Positions 53,338 to 63,043 of a stretch of 64,000 nt of DNA are shown in pieces. The position numbers were made by a program, and so were the translations under genes. The stretch covers positions 98,586 through 162,585 of the forward strand of contig CASIAW010000005.1 of the NCBI GenBank assembly GCA_949372875.1. Direction: 5' to 3'. The stretch is from Candidatus Poseidoniaceae archaeon. Its GTDB lineage: Archaea > Thermoplasmatota > Poseidoniia > Poseidoniales > Poseidoniaceae. Under the pieces are notes generated by a model, which saw nothing but the letters and a program-made list of their open reading frames with translations, was not told where the DNA came from and searched no databases. The first letter of the stretch is position 1. Each line of letters opens with the position of its first letter.

Positions 53338-55812
53338 ATGAGAAAAAACGACGGAGGTGAGAGTATGGTAAAACAATGGGACGATAATGGCGAATTTGAA
53401 CAGATGGCAGACCTCGATGTCGGTCAAGGAGATTTGACAGAAAGAGACCCCTTTGACCTCTCAAAAGCGCTCGGAGGTGCTGCACTAGAGCACTTACACC
53501 CTGATGTGAAACGCCTTCGGCTTCATTCAGATTTCGAACCTGCTGGAGACCAGCCTAAAGCAATTGAAAAATTGATTTCCCAATTGGAAAATGGGCAGGA
53601 GAGAGCAGTCCTCCTTGGTGTCACTGGAAGCGGAAAAACATATGCGATGGCGCAAGTCATTCAACACCTCAACATTCCCACTCTAATTATCAGCCATAAC
53701 AAAACGTTAGCGCGACAACTGCATCAAGAAATGTCTGGATATTTCCCCGAAAATGCTGTCGATTATTTCGTATCTCACTATGACTATTATCAACCTGAAG
53801 CGTATTTGGCAAAACGTGACCTTTACATCGATAAAGAATTGTCAATCAATGAACGGATTGAGCAAGAGCGGTTCGCTACAGTTGCCTCTTTAGTGACTCG
53901 TCCTGACTGTGTCATCGTTTCTTCTGTTTCGTGTATTTACGGATTGAACCCCCCTGAAACATTCCTTGAATACCACGTCCGTGTCCATGTTGGCCAAAAC
54001 ATCGAAACCAGTGATTTGCTGAAAGAACTCATTGTACTGCAGTATAAGCGTACAACAACGGATTTGTCCCGAGGTGAATGCCGATTGCGTGGCGAGGTTC
54101 TTGACGTATGGATGCCGAGTCGCGACGATCCCTTGCGCATCCAATTTGATTTCGATGGCGTCACGAAAGTGCAGGTTTGTGACCCAGTTACATGGGAAGT
54201 TCTCGATACATTGGATGAGGCTTGGATTCATCCGAAAGAATTCTTCATGACCAGTCCCGAGCGATATGAATCAGCTTTAGTTTCGATTGAAGATGAACTG
54301 GATGACCGTATTGCACACTATTCAAGCCTCGGCCATGAATTGGAACGCCATAGAATTGAACAAAGAACTCGTTATGATTTGGAGATGATTCGAGAGATTG
54401 GGCATTGCAGGTCTATGGAAAACTATTCACTTCACTTCGATGGACGTGAACGCGGAGAACGTCCGTATTGTCTACTCGATTTCTTTGCAGCATGCGCAAA
54501 ACAATTTCATGGAAGCCCAGACAAATTTCTTGTCATCATGGATGAATCGCACGTGACGCTCCCGCAAGTTGGTGGAATGTACTACGGTGACCGTTCGAGA
54601 AAGGAGAGTCTTGTTGAGCACGGCTTCAGACTTCCGACTGCTAAGGACAACCGTCCGCTGAAGATTCCAGAGTTTCAAAACCTCATACCGCAGATGGTCT
54701 ATGTTTCGGCAACCCCTGGTGAGCGTGAATTACGTCATCTGTGTGAAATTACTAATCAACCCCTTCCAAACGGCCTCCTGCATGCAAAATCCGAAGGTGG
54801 GGCTGGCCAAGCAGATATCGACAAGAAACATCCTGACAGTGAAAGTTTGTATCACATGGTTCAGGGAATTGAAGGCATTGCTAAAATGGAGATTCGTCCA
54901 ACTGGCTTATTGGACCCTGAAATAGAAGTTCGGCCCACAAGTGGTCAAATTGCAGATTTATTGTCAGAGATAAACGCTCGAATAAAAAATGGTGAACGGA
55001 CATTAGTCACTGTATTGACAATCAAATTCGCCGAAGAAGTCGCTGAATACCTCAATAAAATGGGTGTTAAAGCACACCACTTGCATTCCGAAATCGATAC
55101 GATCGAGCGAACCGAGATCATTAATGCGTTGCGCATAGGTCACATCGATGTCATTGTTGGAATTAATTTATTGCGAGAAGGTCTCGACTTACCAGAAGTA
55201 AGTTTAGTCGCTATTTTTGATGCAGACCGGCAAGGGTTCCTTCGTAATGAACGGAGTTTATTGCAGACGATAGGCCGAGCTGCTCGAAATATCAATGGCC
55301 ACGTGTTGCTGTATGGTGATAGCATTTCTCCAGCAATGCGTGCAGCAATTCAGCAAACGCTCGAACGGCGTGAACGGCAACAAGCTTACAATGATGCAAA
55401 TAATATCACTCCAAAGACCATCAAAAAGGCCTTGCCTAAGATGAATTCAGATATTGACGATCTCATTTCAGGAACCTCGACATCGAAGGATGGTACACGG
55501 CGTCTTGTCGCTAAGAAAGGTGGCCGAAAGGATGGAGATTGGGCCAAGAATTTGAATATTGGAGCAGGTTCATGGGCCGCAGGTGCAGGTCAAGATGGAA
55601 GTCGTGGCGAAGGTGATTCTTCAATTGGAAAATCAAATATTGAATTGAATTATGAGGGACCTGACGATGTTCTTTCGGGGCTCGAACCTTCTCAGATTCA
55701 AGACTTGCTTGTAGAATTGAAATCAGCAATGAAAGAGGCTGCTAAAAATCTCGACTTTGAAGAAGCTGCACGGCTTCGAGATCGAGTTTTTGAATTAGAA
55801 CAGCGACTGTAA
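53338..55812 (+). CDS. uvrB: Excinuclease ABC subunit B (UvrB) with an extra low-complexity segment before the C-terminal UVR domain
   Basis: PAGDQPKAIEKL, Walker A LLGVTGSGKTYAM, beta-hairpin region, helicase motifs, C-terminal UVR motif EEAARLRDRVFELE. The start could also be a downstream ATG (53365 or 53404). Confidence 0.9.
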   Translation: MRKNDGGESMVKQWDDNGEFEQMADLDVGQGDLTERDPFDLSKALGGAALEHLHPDVKRLRLHSDFEPAGDQPKAIEKLISQLENGQERAVLLGVTGSGKTYAMAQVIQHLNIPTLIISHNKTLARQLHQEMSGYFPENAVDYFVSHYDYYQPEAYLAKRDLYIDKELSINERIEQERFATVASLVTRPDCVIVSSVSCIYGLNPPETFLEYHVRVHVGQNIETSDLLKELIVLQYKRTTTDLSRGECRLRGEVLDVWMPSRDDPLRIQFDFDGVTKVQVCDPVTWEVLDTLDEAWIHPKEFFMTSPERYESALVSIEDELDDRIAHYSSLGHELERHRIEQRTRYDLEMIREIGHCRSMENYSLHFDGRERGERPYCLLDFFAACAKQFHGSPDKFLVIMDESHVTLPQVGGMYYGDRSRKESLVEHGFRLPTAKDNRPLKIPEFQNLIPQMVYVSATPGERELRHLCEITNQPLPNGLLHAKSEGGAGQADIDKKHPDSESLYHMVQGIEGIAKMEIRPTGLLDPEIEVRPTSGQIADLLSEINARIKNGERTLVTVLTIKFAEEVAEYLNKMGVKAHHLHSEIDTIERTEIINALRIGHIDVIVGINLLREGLDLPEVSLVAIFDADRQGFLRNERSLLQTIGRAARNINGHVLLYGDSISPAMRAAIQQTLERRERQQAYNDANNITPKTIKKALPKMNSDIDDLISGTSTSKDGTRRLVAKKGGRKDGDWAKNLNIGAGSWAAGAGQDGSRGEGDSSIGKSNIELNYEGPDDVLSGLEPSQIQDLLVELKSAMKEAAKNLDFEEAARLRDRVFELEQRL

Positions 55813-55881
55813 TCAAAACACACCCTACGGGTGTGGAAAATGTGTGGGCAGGTTCTTGAAGGAAGGACAGATGGATGAACC

Positions 55882-56898
55882 ATGGCGATTCACCCAGAAG
55901 ACTTCGATGTGCCAGTCGTCGACTATCGGTTTTCTGACATCTCCTCCCCACAGTCCTTGCTGGACCAAATGGCCAGTGCTGGAGGTTTTACTGCAACGAA
56001 ACTAGCAACTGCTCGAGATATCCTGCTCGATATGAAAAAGCAGTCTGACGCTTTAGGTGGTGACATTTCGAAAATTTGTAATTGGCTTTCATTCCCTGCT
56101 TGCCTGTGTGCAACTGGGACGCGAGGATTCTTTGTTGAAGCGCTCAGACAAAAGATGTTCAATGTTGTTTCGACAACCTGTGGAATGCTGGACCACGACA
56201 TTGCTCGTTCTCACAAACACTACTATCACGGGGCGTTTGAACTCGATGATATTGAACTGGGAGAGCATTCACTTATGCGTCTTGGAAACGTGATAGTTCC
56301 GAACTCGTCATACGGCGAAATCATCGAAGATGTGCTCACTCCAGTATTGGAAGAGATGTATCAAGACCGACTCAAAGAAACAGGTAAAACAGGAGCTGAT
56401 GCTTGGCTTGGCTTTGGTTCAATCCATCTCGTATGGGAACTTGGTAAGCGAATCGGAACGCCAGACTCCCTCATATATTGGGCATACAAGCATCAAATCC
56501 CAGTGGTGATCCCCGGAATCACCGATGGCTCGATAGGAGCGCAACTCTTCATGTTGAGACAAAAGCATCGTGACTTCCACATCGATACTCTTGCCGATGA
56601 GCAAGTGATGAGTGATTTGACATGGGATGTTGAAGTTTCAAACGCCTTGATGGTTGGTGGAGGAATTTCTAAACACCACGTCATTTGGTGGAACCAATAT
56701 CGAGGTGGTCTTGATGCTGCTGTGTATATCACAACTGCTCCTGAACATGATGGAAGCCTTTCTGGCGCAAGACTACGTGAAGCAATTTCATGGGGTAAAA
56801 TGCGACCCGAGGCTCCAAACATTTGCGTTGAAGGTGATGCGAGCGTTTTGCTCCCTCTACTCGGTGCAGATCTTTTTCAAAGAGGTGAACAAAAATGA
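55882..56898 (+). CDS. dys: Deoxyhypusine synthase-like protein
   Basis: ...SAGGFTATKLATARDILLDM... and VGGGISKHHVIWW resemble conserved DHS blocks (GGGvpKHhI). About 338 aa, typical of archaeal DHS. Confidence 0.65.
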   Translation: MAIHPEDFDVPVVDYRFSDISSPQSLLDQMASAGGFTATKLATARDILLDMKKQSDALGGDISKICNWLSFPACLCATGTRGFFVEALRQKMFNVVSTTCGMLDHDIARSHKHYYHGAFELDDIELGEHSLMRLGNVIVPNSSYGEIIEDVLTPVLEEMYQDRLKETGKTGADAWLGFGSIHLVWELGKRIGTPDSLIYWAYKHQIPVVIPGITDGSIGAQLFMLRQKHRDFHIDTLADEQVMSDLTWDVEVSNALMVGGGISKHHVIWWNQYRGGLDAAVYITTAPEHDGSLSGARLREAISWGKMRPEAPNICVEGDASVLLPLLGADLFQRGEQK

Positions 56899-58340
56899 AC
56901 AATAAAAAAATGGCCATGCTCATAACCCTGTTAATGACAATTATGCCCCTTGCTGGATGCTTTGGTAGCGATGAAGTAATGTCAAATGATGAAACGACTG
57001 GTGGTTTCTTTGATTTTGAACAAGGCTCAAACAGTGGCACATGGTATCATTACCCTGGTGGCGTCAATGCCATGAACAACACTTCAGCACTCGGAGGCGC
57101 AAACATTCCGTTTTACAGTCAAGGAACATACTATGCAACAGGATATTCTACCTTTGAACCAACAATGGGAATTACCTCAACCGATAACATTTACTTCACA
57201 AGTTATGGAAATGGAAATGGTGGCTCAACCGCAATTATTCAATGCACAAACATGATTGAAATGACAAGCTTGTCTGATTTCAGTTGTCAAGACATCTACG
57301 GTGCCTTCCCACCGGTCATCAATTCAAATGACCCATACGTCTACGTTGACCCATGGACTGACCGCATTATGAAGTTCGACATGCATGCTTTAGGCGGAAT
57401 GACAGTTGAATGGACCGACGATGAGGGAGCGTCTTGGGTCGGCCCTTCGGTTGCCACAGGATATTCTGTTCAAGATCACCAAACCATTGCGTCCTCGCCT
57501 TATGGAGGGATTCTTCATGAGACATTGTGGGTATTCTGTATTAACGGCAATTACCCATCGCCACTTTGCTCTGCAAGTCAAGATGGGGGTCTAACATGGG
57601 GGCCTGAACTTCCTGGCGCCCCAGTAGATTGCCAGAGTGGAGGGCTTTCAGCTCACCTTATCGGCGCTGACAATGGCAATTTCTACCGTGGCCAAATTGG
57701 CTGCGATGGAACTGGCTACTCGATGTATAAGACTGAAAATGGAGCACTAACGTGGACCGAGCATGTCTTGCCTACCGAAGAGTCTGGAACTGCAGATACG
57801 TGGAATGCCGAGGAAGCACAAGTCGATACGGATACGGAAAGCAACGTCTACGCAATGTGGATGGGTATCGATAACATGCCTTATTTCTCATACTCTGTCG
57901 ACGATGCAAATACCTGGTCTGATGCCATTATGGTTGGGCCAAGTCATTTGGAAGGAACAGGATTCCCCGTTGTAATAGCAGGCGATCCTGGGCGAGTTGC
58001 ATTTGGATACATCGGAACTGAGGGTGATGGAGTCTGGCATGGATACATCTCGGTTATCACGGATGCTTTCAACGAAACTCCCCTAATCACAACCGTCCAA
58101 GTCAATGCACCAGACGACCCTCTTGACAATGCTAGCCCTACCTGTGGATATGAGCGGTGTGGCGGCTTTGGTGATTTCATTGATATGCAAATCGATGCGT
58201 TTGGGCGACCATGGCTTTCGTTGTCTCATAATCCAAGTGGAGATACTGGCATAATGGGTACTTTCATCGAAGGCCCTACGCTTTTGGGTAATGTAACATC
58301 GTTGTCAGTCTTACCTGAAGGTGGGTCTCAAACTCTTTGA
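56895..58340 (+). CDS. Secreted BNR/Asp-box repeat lipoprotein (sialidase-like beta-propeller)
   Basis: Lipobox MNNKKMAMLITLLMTIMPLAGC. Asp-box repeats SQDGGLTWGP, TENGALTWTEH, DDEGASWVGP, VDDANTWSD (S/TxDxGxTW). Confidence 0.6.
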   Translation: MNNKKMAMLITLLMTIMPLAGCFGSDEVMSNDETTGGFFDFEQGSNSGTWYHYPGGVNAMNNTSALGGANIPFYSQGTYYATGYSTFEPTMGITSTDNIYFTSYGNGNGGSTAIIQCTNMIEMTSLSDFSCQDIYGAFPPVINSNDPYVYVDPWTDRIMKFDMHALGGMTVEWTDDEGASWVGPSVATGYSVQDHQTIASSPYGGILHETLWVFCINGNYPSPLCSASQDGGLTWGPELPGAPVDCQSGGLSAHLIGADNGNFYRGQIGCDGTGYSMYKTENGALTWTEHVLPTEESGTADTWNAEEAQVDTDTESNVYAMWMGIDNMPYFSYSVDDANTWSDAIMVGPSHLEGTGFPVVIAGDPGRVAFGYIGTEGDGVWHGYISVITDAFNETPLITTVQVNAPDDPLDNASPTCGYERCGGFGDFIDMQIDAFGRPWLSLSHNPSGDTGIMGTFIEGPTLLGNVTSLSVLPEGGSQTL

Positions 58341-58343
58341 GAC

Positions 58344-59204
58344 TCATTGAACATAGTCGACAAGCGCGTGCATTAGTGCAGTACGAATCGGAACCAGTGG
58401 ACGCCATCCATCACCATCAATTCGGTGTAAGACATCATGTAATGGAGAAAGCTCTGGCCTTTGCTGAGCATTTTCTTCAACACTCATCGGAGTTGATGGG
58501 CTCACCCGCAACGACTCAACTTCAATTGTTGGCGACGGGGCTGCAGTAAGGTGCTCGATACTAAATTCGCCAGTTTTACCAGCGAGAGTTCTATCGTAAA
58601 GCAAAGAGAGTTCTTCAATCGTTTGCGATTGGCTCCAAGCCCTTCTCCCCGATACTTTCAGTTCAACTGGGAAGGGTTCATCACTCATCAAAATGCGAAC
58701 AAAAGCGTCTGCGACATCAATATCACTCACCCACCACTGTTGTGATGCACCGGTTTCTACAGGTCGGCCACCTGCGTTGAGCTGCTTCATCCACTGTTCA
58801 AAGAGTGGTGAGCGCCAAGTCATATCAAGAATACGTGGTAGAACATCATGTATGACAATAAGACTGTCAAGCCATTCTGAATCAATCTCGAATTCGAAAT
58901 GTGCAGGAGTTACCAGGACTACTTCAAGACCATCGACATCAAAGCCATCACTGCCATCACTCGCCGTATCAAAAGGACCCAATCCAATGAGCATTAATCG
59001 ATGGCCTGCTGAAAAAGGAACAGCCGTAGAGGAATGAAGTTCACATTCTCCGAACTCAAGTTCTGTTGAATAGTGTTGTGAGACTTCTTGATAGTGTTCT
59101 GGAATGAGTACGAGATTGGCATTCGTGCGAAGAATTCGCTCGACTAAAGCGTGACCTATACTTGAATCAAAGCCCCGTATGTGAATCACGGGTGCCTGAC
59201 GCAT
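58344..59204 (-). CDS. Hypothetical protein (possible degenerate Rossmann-like N-terminus)
   Basis: 286-aa ORF. VIHIRGFDSSIGHALVERI weakly recalls an NAD(P)-binding beta-alpha-beta start but lacks the Gly-rich loop. Confidence 0.4.
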   Translation of the reverse strand: MRQAPVIHIRGFDSSIGHALVERILRTNANLVLIPEHYQEVSQHYSTELEFGECELHSSTAVPFSAGHRLMLIGLGPFDTASDGSDGFDVDGLEVVLVTPAHFEFEIDSEWLDSLIVIHDVLPRILDMTWRSPLFEQWMKQLNAGGRPVETGASQQWWVSDIDVADAFVRILMSDEPFPVELKVSGRRAWSQSQTIEELSLLYDRTLAGKTGEFSIEHLTAAPSPTIEVESLRVSPSTPMSVEENAQQRPELSPLHDVLHRIDGDGWRPLVPIRTALMHALVDYVQ

Positions 59205-59707
59205 ATTTCATCCAACAGTCAAGCATACATCAATATGTCCATACAGTGAATTATACGACCTTTGAATTGTAAATAAATCAATTGAAAAATCAAAAATCTA
59301 ATTGGAAAAATGAATAATGGTGGGTGTCAGCGAATGAATGAATTACAGCTCTTCGCAACTTCAGAAGAAATCTCAAAGGAGACAATATGGATCCTTTAAT
59401 CGCACACAGAAATCTCAAAAAAAGAACATTTTATATTGAAAAGAATGCCAAAAAGGAGATTCCGTCTGTAATAAGTCTCGCTCTATAGAATCGAGTGAAA
59501 AAACTCTTCGGCGTTCTTGAACTCCTATTGTAGGAATAAATTATACGACATACCCTAAAATTGAAAAAAAAACGCTTTTCTAATTGAAATGGCAATAAAT
59601 TATACGACAAATGCAATTGGAATTCAGATTTAAACCGCCAAAGAGTATAAGACCTTTCAAGTGAAGCATGGGGTAAGCCGGATTGAACTGGCAAAGGAGA
59701 TGGGAAA
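59205..59707. repeat. Unusually long (503 bp) AT-rich divergent intergenic region carrying three same-orientation copies of AAATTATACGAC followed 6-9 nt later by AATTG
   Basis: Copies at 59248-59259, 59538-59549 and 59598-59609. The region has no ORF longer than about 30 codons. The flanking genes diverge from it. Confidence 0.4.
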
Positions 59708-60298
59708 ATGACGAACGACAAATATGACATCCAAGAATTACTCGGAAGAGATGTTTACGTAAATGATAAGAAAGTAGGAAATATAGTTGGTGAGCGCCAC
59801 CATCCGAATGAAGCACGCGTGCGATCAATGCGATTGCAAGTAGAATCGGATGTAGCAGATGAATTCATGCGGAAGCCCGCTGAACTCGTACCTCTACCAA
59901 AAGAATTAGTCCACAGTATCCGGAATGACGGTACTGTCAAACTTTCAAAATCGATGAGAGAATTACAACGCAGATGGCGCAACACCGTCCGCATTGATGA
60001 AAAGCTGTATGCGCCTGATGAGATGCTTGACAGAGCAGTCCTTGATAACCAGGGAGATGAAATCGGTGTCATTACTGATTTGTTCAAAGTTAAGCGCACC
60101 TACAAAGGTGTTATCGTACAAGTACGAATTGGCATTCAGAAGCAGTATGGTGTTGAAGCAGAATTGCGTATACCAATCAATGCTTTTTCCAGAACTCGTG
60201 AACGCCTTGATGAGGTCGTACTTTCTCGAACATTCGACAAAGTTCTCTCACTACCATCGTATATCTCAATCAATGAGATGAGTGGCGAAGAAGAATGA
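59708..60298 (+). CDS. Tandem PRC-barrel-like domain protein
   Basis: Two PRC-barrel-like segments (ELLGRDVYVNDKKVGNIVG... and LDRAVLDNQGDEIGVITDL...). 196 aa. Confidence 0.5.
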   Translation: MTNDKYDIQELLGRDVYVNDKKVGNIVGERHHPNEARVRSMRLQVESDVADEFMRKPAELVPLPKELVHSIRNDGTVKLSKSMRELQRRWRNTVRIDEKLYAPDEMLDRAVLDNQGDEIGVITDLFKVKRTYKGVIVQVRIGIQKQYGVEAELRIPINAFSRTRERLDEVVLSRTFDKVLSLPSYISINEMSGEEE

Positions 60299-60375
60299 GC
60301 GCATACCAGGGTCCTTTGTGACCTTGCTTACTCCGTCACTCTTATGACGGGGAGGTCAGTCGCCGAACTACAGTT

Positions 60376-60449
60376 GCGCGGGTAGCTTAGTCGGTTAGAG
60401 CACCCGGCTGATAACCGGGAGGTCGCAGGTTCAAGTCCTGCCTCGCGCA
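60376..60449 (+). tRNA. tRNA-Ile (anticodon GAU). CCA not encoded.
   Basis: Manual cloverleaf: acceptor GCGCGGG/CTCGCGC (one G-U), D-arm GCTT...AGAGC, anticodon stem CCCGG/CCGGG with loop CTGATAA (anticodon GAT), T-arm GCAGG-TTCAAGT-CCTGC, discriminator A. Confidence 0.85.
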
Positions 60450-60552
60450 CTCTTTTCCTTCATTGGTACGTTGTTTCGACGATTGAATTCAAGACCACCT
60501 CACTCGCAAAGAACATGAAGGGGCAGTGCTTCGCTCATCACAAGGGAATAAC

Positions 60553-61500
60553 ATGGTCGTTCTATCTGGGAGTAATTCTCGCTTGTTGGCAGAACAACTT
60601 GCCGACTCACTCGGTTGGGATCACCATCAGCTAGAAACTCGAAGATTCCCTGATTCAGAAGGTTACATCCGAATACCTTCAGAAACCATAGAAGCTGTGC
60701 GAAACGAACCTGTCGTATTGGTGTCCAACACGTTCCCTGATTCAGGAATTGTCGAAACATTGCTCATGCTTGAAGCATTAAATGATGTTCGAAAAGGAAA
60801 TATGGAGAACTTACGTGAAATTGGACCTCAATCCATGGCGGATGTTGGCCCGGGAATTTTACTGGCGGTGCCCTACTTTGGTTACTCTCGACAAGATAAG
60901 CGCTTCAAGCCAGGTGAAGCAATTTCAGCCCGAGCGATTGGACATCTACTGGCGTCTCGATGCGACGGCATCATCCTCTTTGACTTACATGCACCTTCCG
61001 TTCTTCAAGATTTACCGGTCCCAGTATCGTTTACTTCTGCAATGCCTGAACTCGCACTCCACCTTCAAGAGACGGTCAAGCCTGACTTCATACTCTCCCC
61101 TGATAAAGGGGCGATTGAAAGAGCGTCGATGGTGGCTAAAGAAATAAATTGTGAATTCTCTTACTTGGAAAAAACCAGAATAGATGCCCATACAATTGTT
61201 CACAAAGCCAAAGACCTCAATGTCGATGGCAAAATTGTCGCCATTGTCGATGACATGATCGCAACCGGAGGGACAATCTGTCGTGCTGCTGAAGCCCTAC
61301 GAAATCAGGGGGCAGTCGCTGTTCACGCTGCTTGCTCACACGGATTGTTTACCGGTGGAGCAATTGCCAGACTGATTCGATATGTCGATGGCGTGCATGC
61401 TACCGGCTCGTTGTCAAACCCCCGAGATGTGATATCCGGCGGCCCTGCGCTTGCTCGTGGAGTAAATGAGCTGTTTGAACGCCTTGGCTGGGAAAGATAG
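60553..61500 (+). CDS. prs: Ribose-phosphate pyrophosphokinase (PRPP synthetase)
   Basis: MVVLSGSNSRLLAEQLADSLG N-terminus, PRPP-binding loop IVDDMIATGGT. Start set at the internal ATG (ORF opens at 60526). Confidence 0.85.
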   Translation: MVVLSGSNSRLLAEQLADSLGWDHHQLETRRFPDSEGYIRIPSETIEAVRNEPVVLVSNTFPDSGIVETLLMLEALNDVRKGNMENLREIGPQSMADVGPGILLAVPYFGYSRQDKRFKPGEAISARAIGHLLASRCDGIILFDLHAPSVLQDLPVPVSFTSAMPELALHLQETVKPDFILSPDKGAIERASMVAKEINCEFSYLEKTRIDAHTIVHKAKDLNVDGKIVAIVDDMIATGGTICRAAEALRNQGAVAVHAACSHGLFTGGAIARLIRYVDGVHATGSLSNPRDVISGGPALARGVNELFERLGWER

Positions 61501-61635
61501 CCTTTCAGTGAGTCTTTTAACGAGTAATACGAACCACGAATCACTAGAAAATATCCAATCCCAAGCAGGTATTTCTTTCCGTCGTGTTTATATCCGCGAG
61601 GTTGTGCGGAGGAACGCCCTTAACATGAGGACAGA

Positions 61636-62016
61636 GTGATTCCAGTGACTGTACACGTGCAATTTGAAACCCCTGAAGAAGTATCGAACCAAATCTACGA
61701 CATGCTACAAGCCAATTCTAATGGCCGCATTAAGAAAGGTAGCAATGAAGTGACAAAGACCGCAGAGCGCGGAACTGCACAATTCATTATCCTTGCAGAA
61801 GATGTCAACCCTCCAGAACTTCTGGCTCACGTTCCTCTTATCTGTGCTGAAAAAGGCATTCCATTCGGATACGTGCCTTCTCAAGAACACCTTGCACAAG
61901 CCGCTGGACTCCCAGCAGGTGTCAAAGCAGCGTCTATTGCTGTGATGGAAATCACCAAAGGCGCTCAAGAAACATTTACACAAGTTGTTGAAGCCATCAA
62001 TGGCCTCAAAGCTTGA
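61636..62016 (+). CDS. rpl7ae: Ribosomal protein L7Ae (also a C/D and H/ACA snoRNP / K-turn-binding protein)
   Basis: ...NGRIKKGSNEVTKTAERGTAQFIILAEDVNPPELLAHVPLICAEKGIPFGYVPSQEHLAQAAG... is a canonical L7Ae/L30e fold sequence. Confidence 0.9.
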   Translation: MIPVTVHVQFETPEEVSNQIYDMLQANSNGRIKKGSNEVTKTAERGTAQFIILAEDVNPPELLAHVPLICAEKGIPFGYVPSQEHLAQAAGLPAGVKAASIAVMEITKGAQETFTQVVEAINGLKA

Positions 62017-62031
62017 AATTGATACGAGGAG

Positions 62032-62265
62032 ATGACAAAGATGAGCGAAGAACTTGGTGGATGGCCTGCTGAAGTCGTTGAAATTGTCGGAAGAACCGGT
62101 ATGACCGGGGAAGCGACTCAAGTCAAAGTCCGTGTTAACGATGCTCCAAACCCACGTGACGTTGGTAGAATCATTTCTCGAAACGTCTTGGGACCTATTC
62201 GAGTGGGCGATATTTTGATGCTCAAGGACACTGGCCGAGAAGCCCGTAAGTTGAATGCACGGTGA
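62032..62265 (+). CDS. rps28e: Ribosomal protein S28e
   Basis: [23 protein letters not shown]...[30 protein letters not shown] matches S28e. Confidence 0.9.
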   Translation: MTKMSEELGGWPAEVVEIVGRTGMTGEATQVKVRVNDAPNPRDVGRIISRNVLGPIRVGDILMLKDTGREARKLNAR

Positions 62266-62271
62266 TGAAGA

Positions 62272-62460
62272 ATGCCTGAACGTAGAATCTGTAATTTCTC
62301 TGGTGAAGAGATCGAACCTGGAACCGGAATGATGTTCGTCCGCCGAGATGGAAGCGTTTTGTGGTTCAAGAATTCCAAGGCCCGTAAGAACATGGTCAAA
62401 CTTAAGCGAAATGCTCGTCGAGTCAAGTGGACCCGTCATTTCGTTAAGGGCGGCATTTGA
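62272..62460 (+). CDS. rpl24e: Ribosomal protein L24e
   Basis: MPERRICNFSGEEIEPGTGMMFVRRDGSVLWFKNSKARKN is an L24e zinc-ribbon (TRASH-like) domain. Confidence 0.9.
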   Translation: MPERRICNFSGEEIEPGTGMMFVRRDGSVLWFKNSKARKNMVKLKRNARRVKWTRHFVKGGI

Positions 62461-62576
62461 GCCTTCATTCAACCCAAGTTTTCCCTTGGAATTTTAAAGT
62501 TCAGAGTGCAACCGCTGTTGAGATTATTCCGTATGGCTCATAAAGGGGAGTCAGTTGGACTGAATCGGTGAACAAC

Positions 62577-63023
62577 ATGGAAACAACCTATGTAATGGTC
62601 AAGCCTGATGGCGTGCAACGTGGATTAATTGGAGAAATTATTGGAAGATTTGAGCGCAAAGGTCTCAAATTAGTCGGACTCAAGTCCGTCGTTCCAAGCA
62701 GAGAAACTGCTGAAACGCATTACGCAGTTCATGCTGAACGCCCGTTTTACCCAGGACTCATTAATTTCGTAACATCTGGGCCGGTTGTCTGTATGGCATG
62801 GTCCGGAAAGGACGCTATCAGCGTGGCTCGCACGCTCATTGGTGCTACAAATGGTCGCGAAGCAGCGCCTGGAACAATCCGTGGCGACTTTGGAATGGAC
62901 ATGGGTTACAACATGATTCATGGTTCAGATGCTACAGATACTGCTGAATTTGAACTCGGACTTTGGTTCCCTGATGGATTAATGGATTGGGAACAAACCA
63001 TCACGTCCTGGGTTTATGAATAA
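62577..63023 (+). CDS. ndk: Nucleoside diphosphate kinase
   Basis: [36 protein letters not shown] and catalytic NMIHGSD (His). Start at the internal ATG. Confidence 0.9.
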   Translation: METTYVMVKPDGVQRGLIGEIIGRFERKGLKLVGLKSVVPSRETAETHYAVHAERPFYPGLINFVTSGPVVCMAWSGKDAISVARTLIGATNGREAAPGTIRGDFGMDMGYNMIHGSDATDTAEFELGLWFPDGLMDWEQTITSWVYE

Positions 63024-63043
63024 TTGAACTGCAGTTGATTTAC

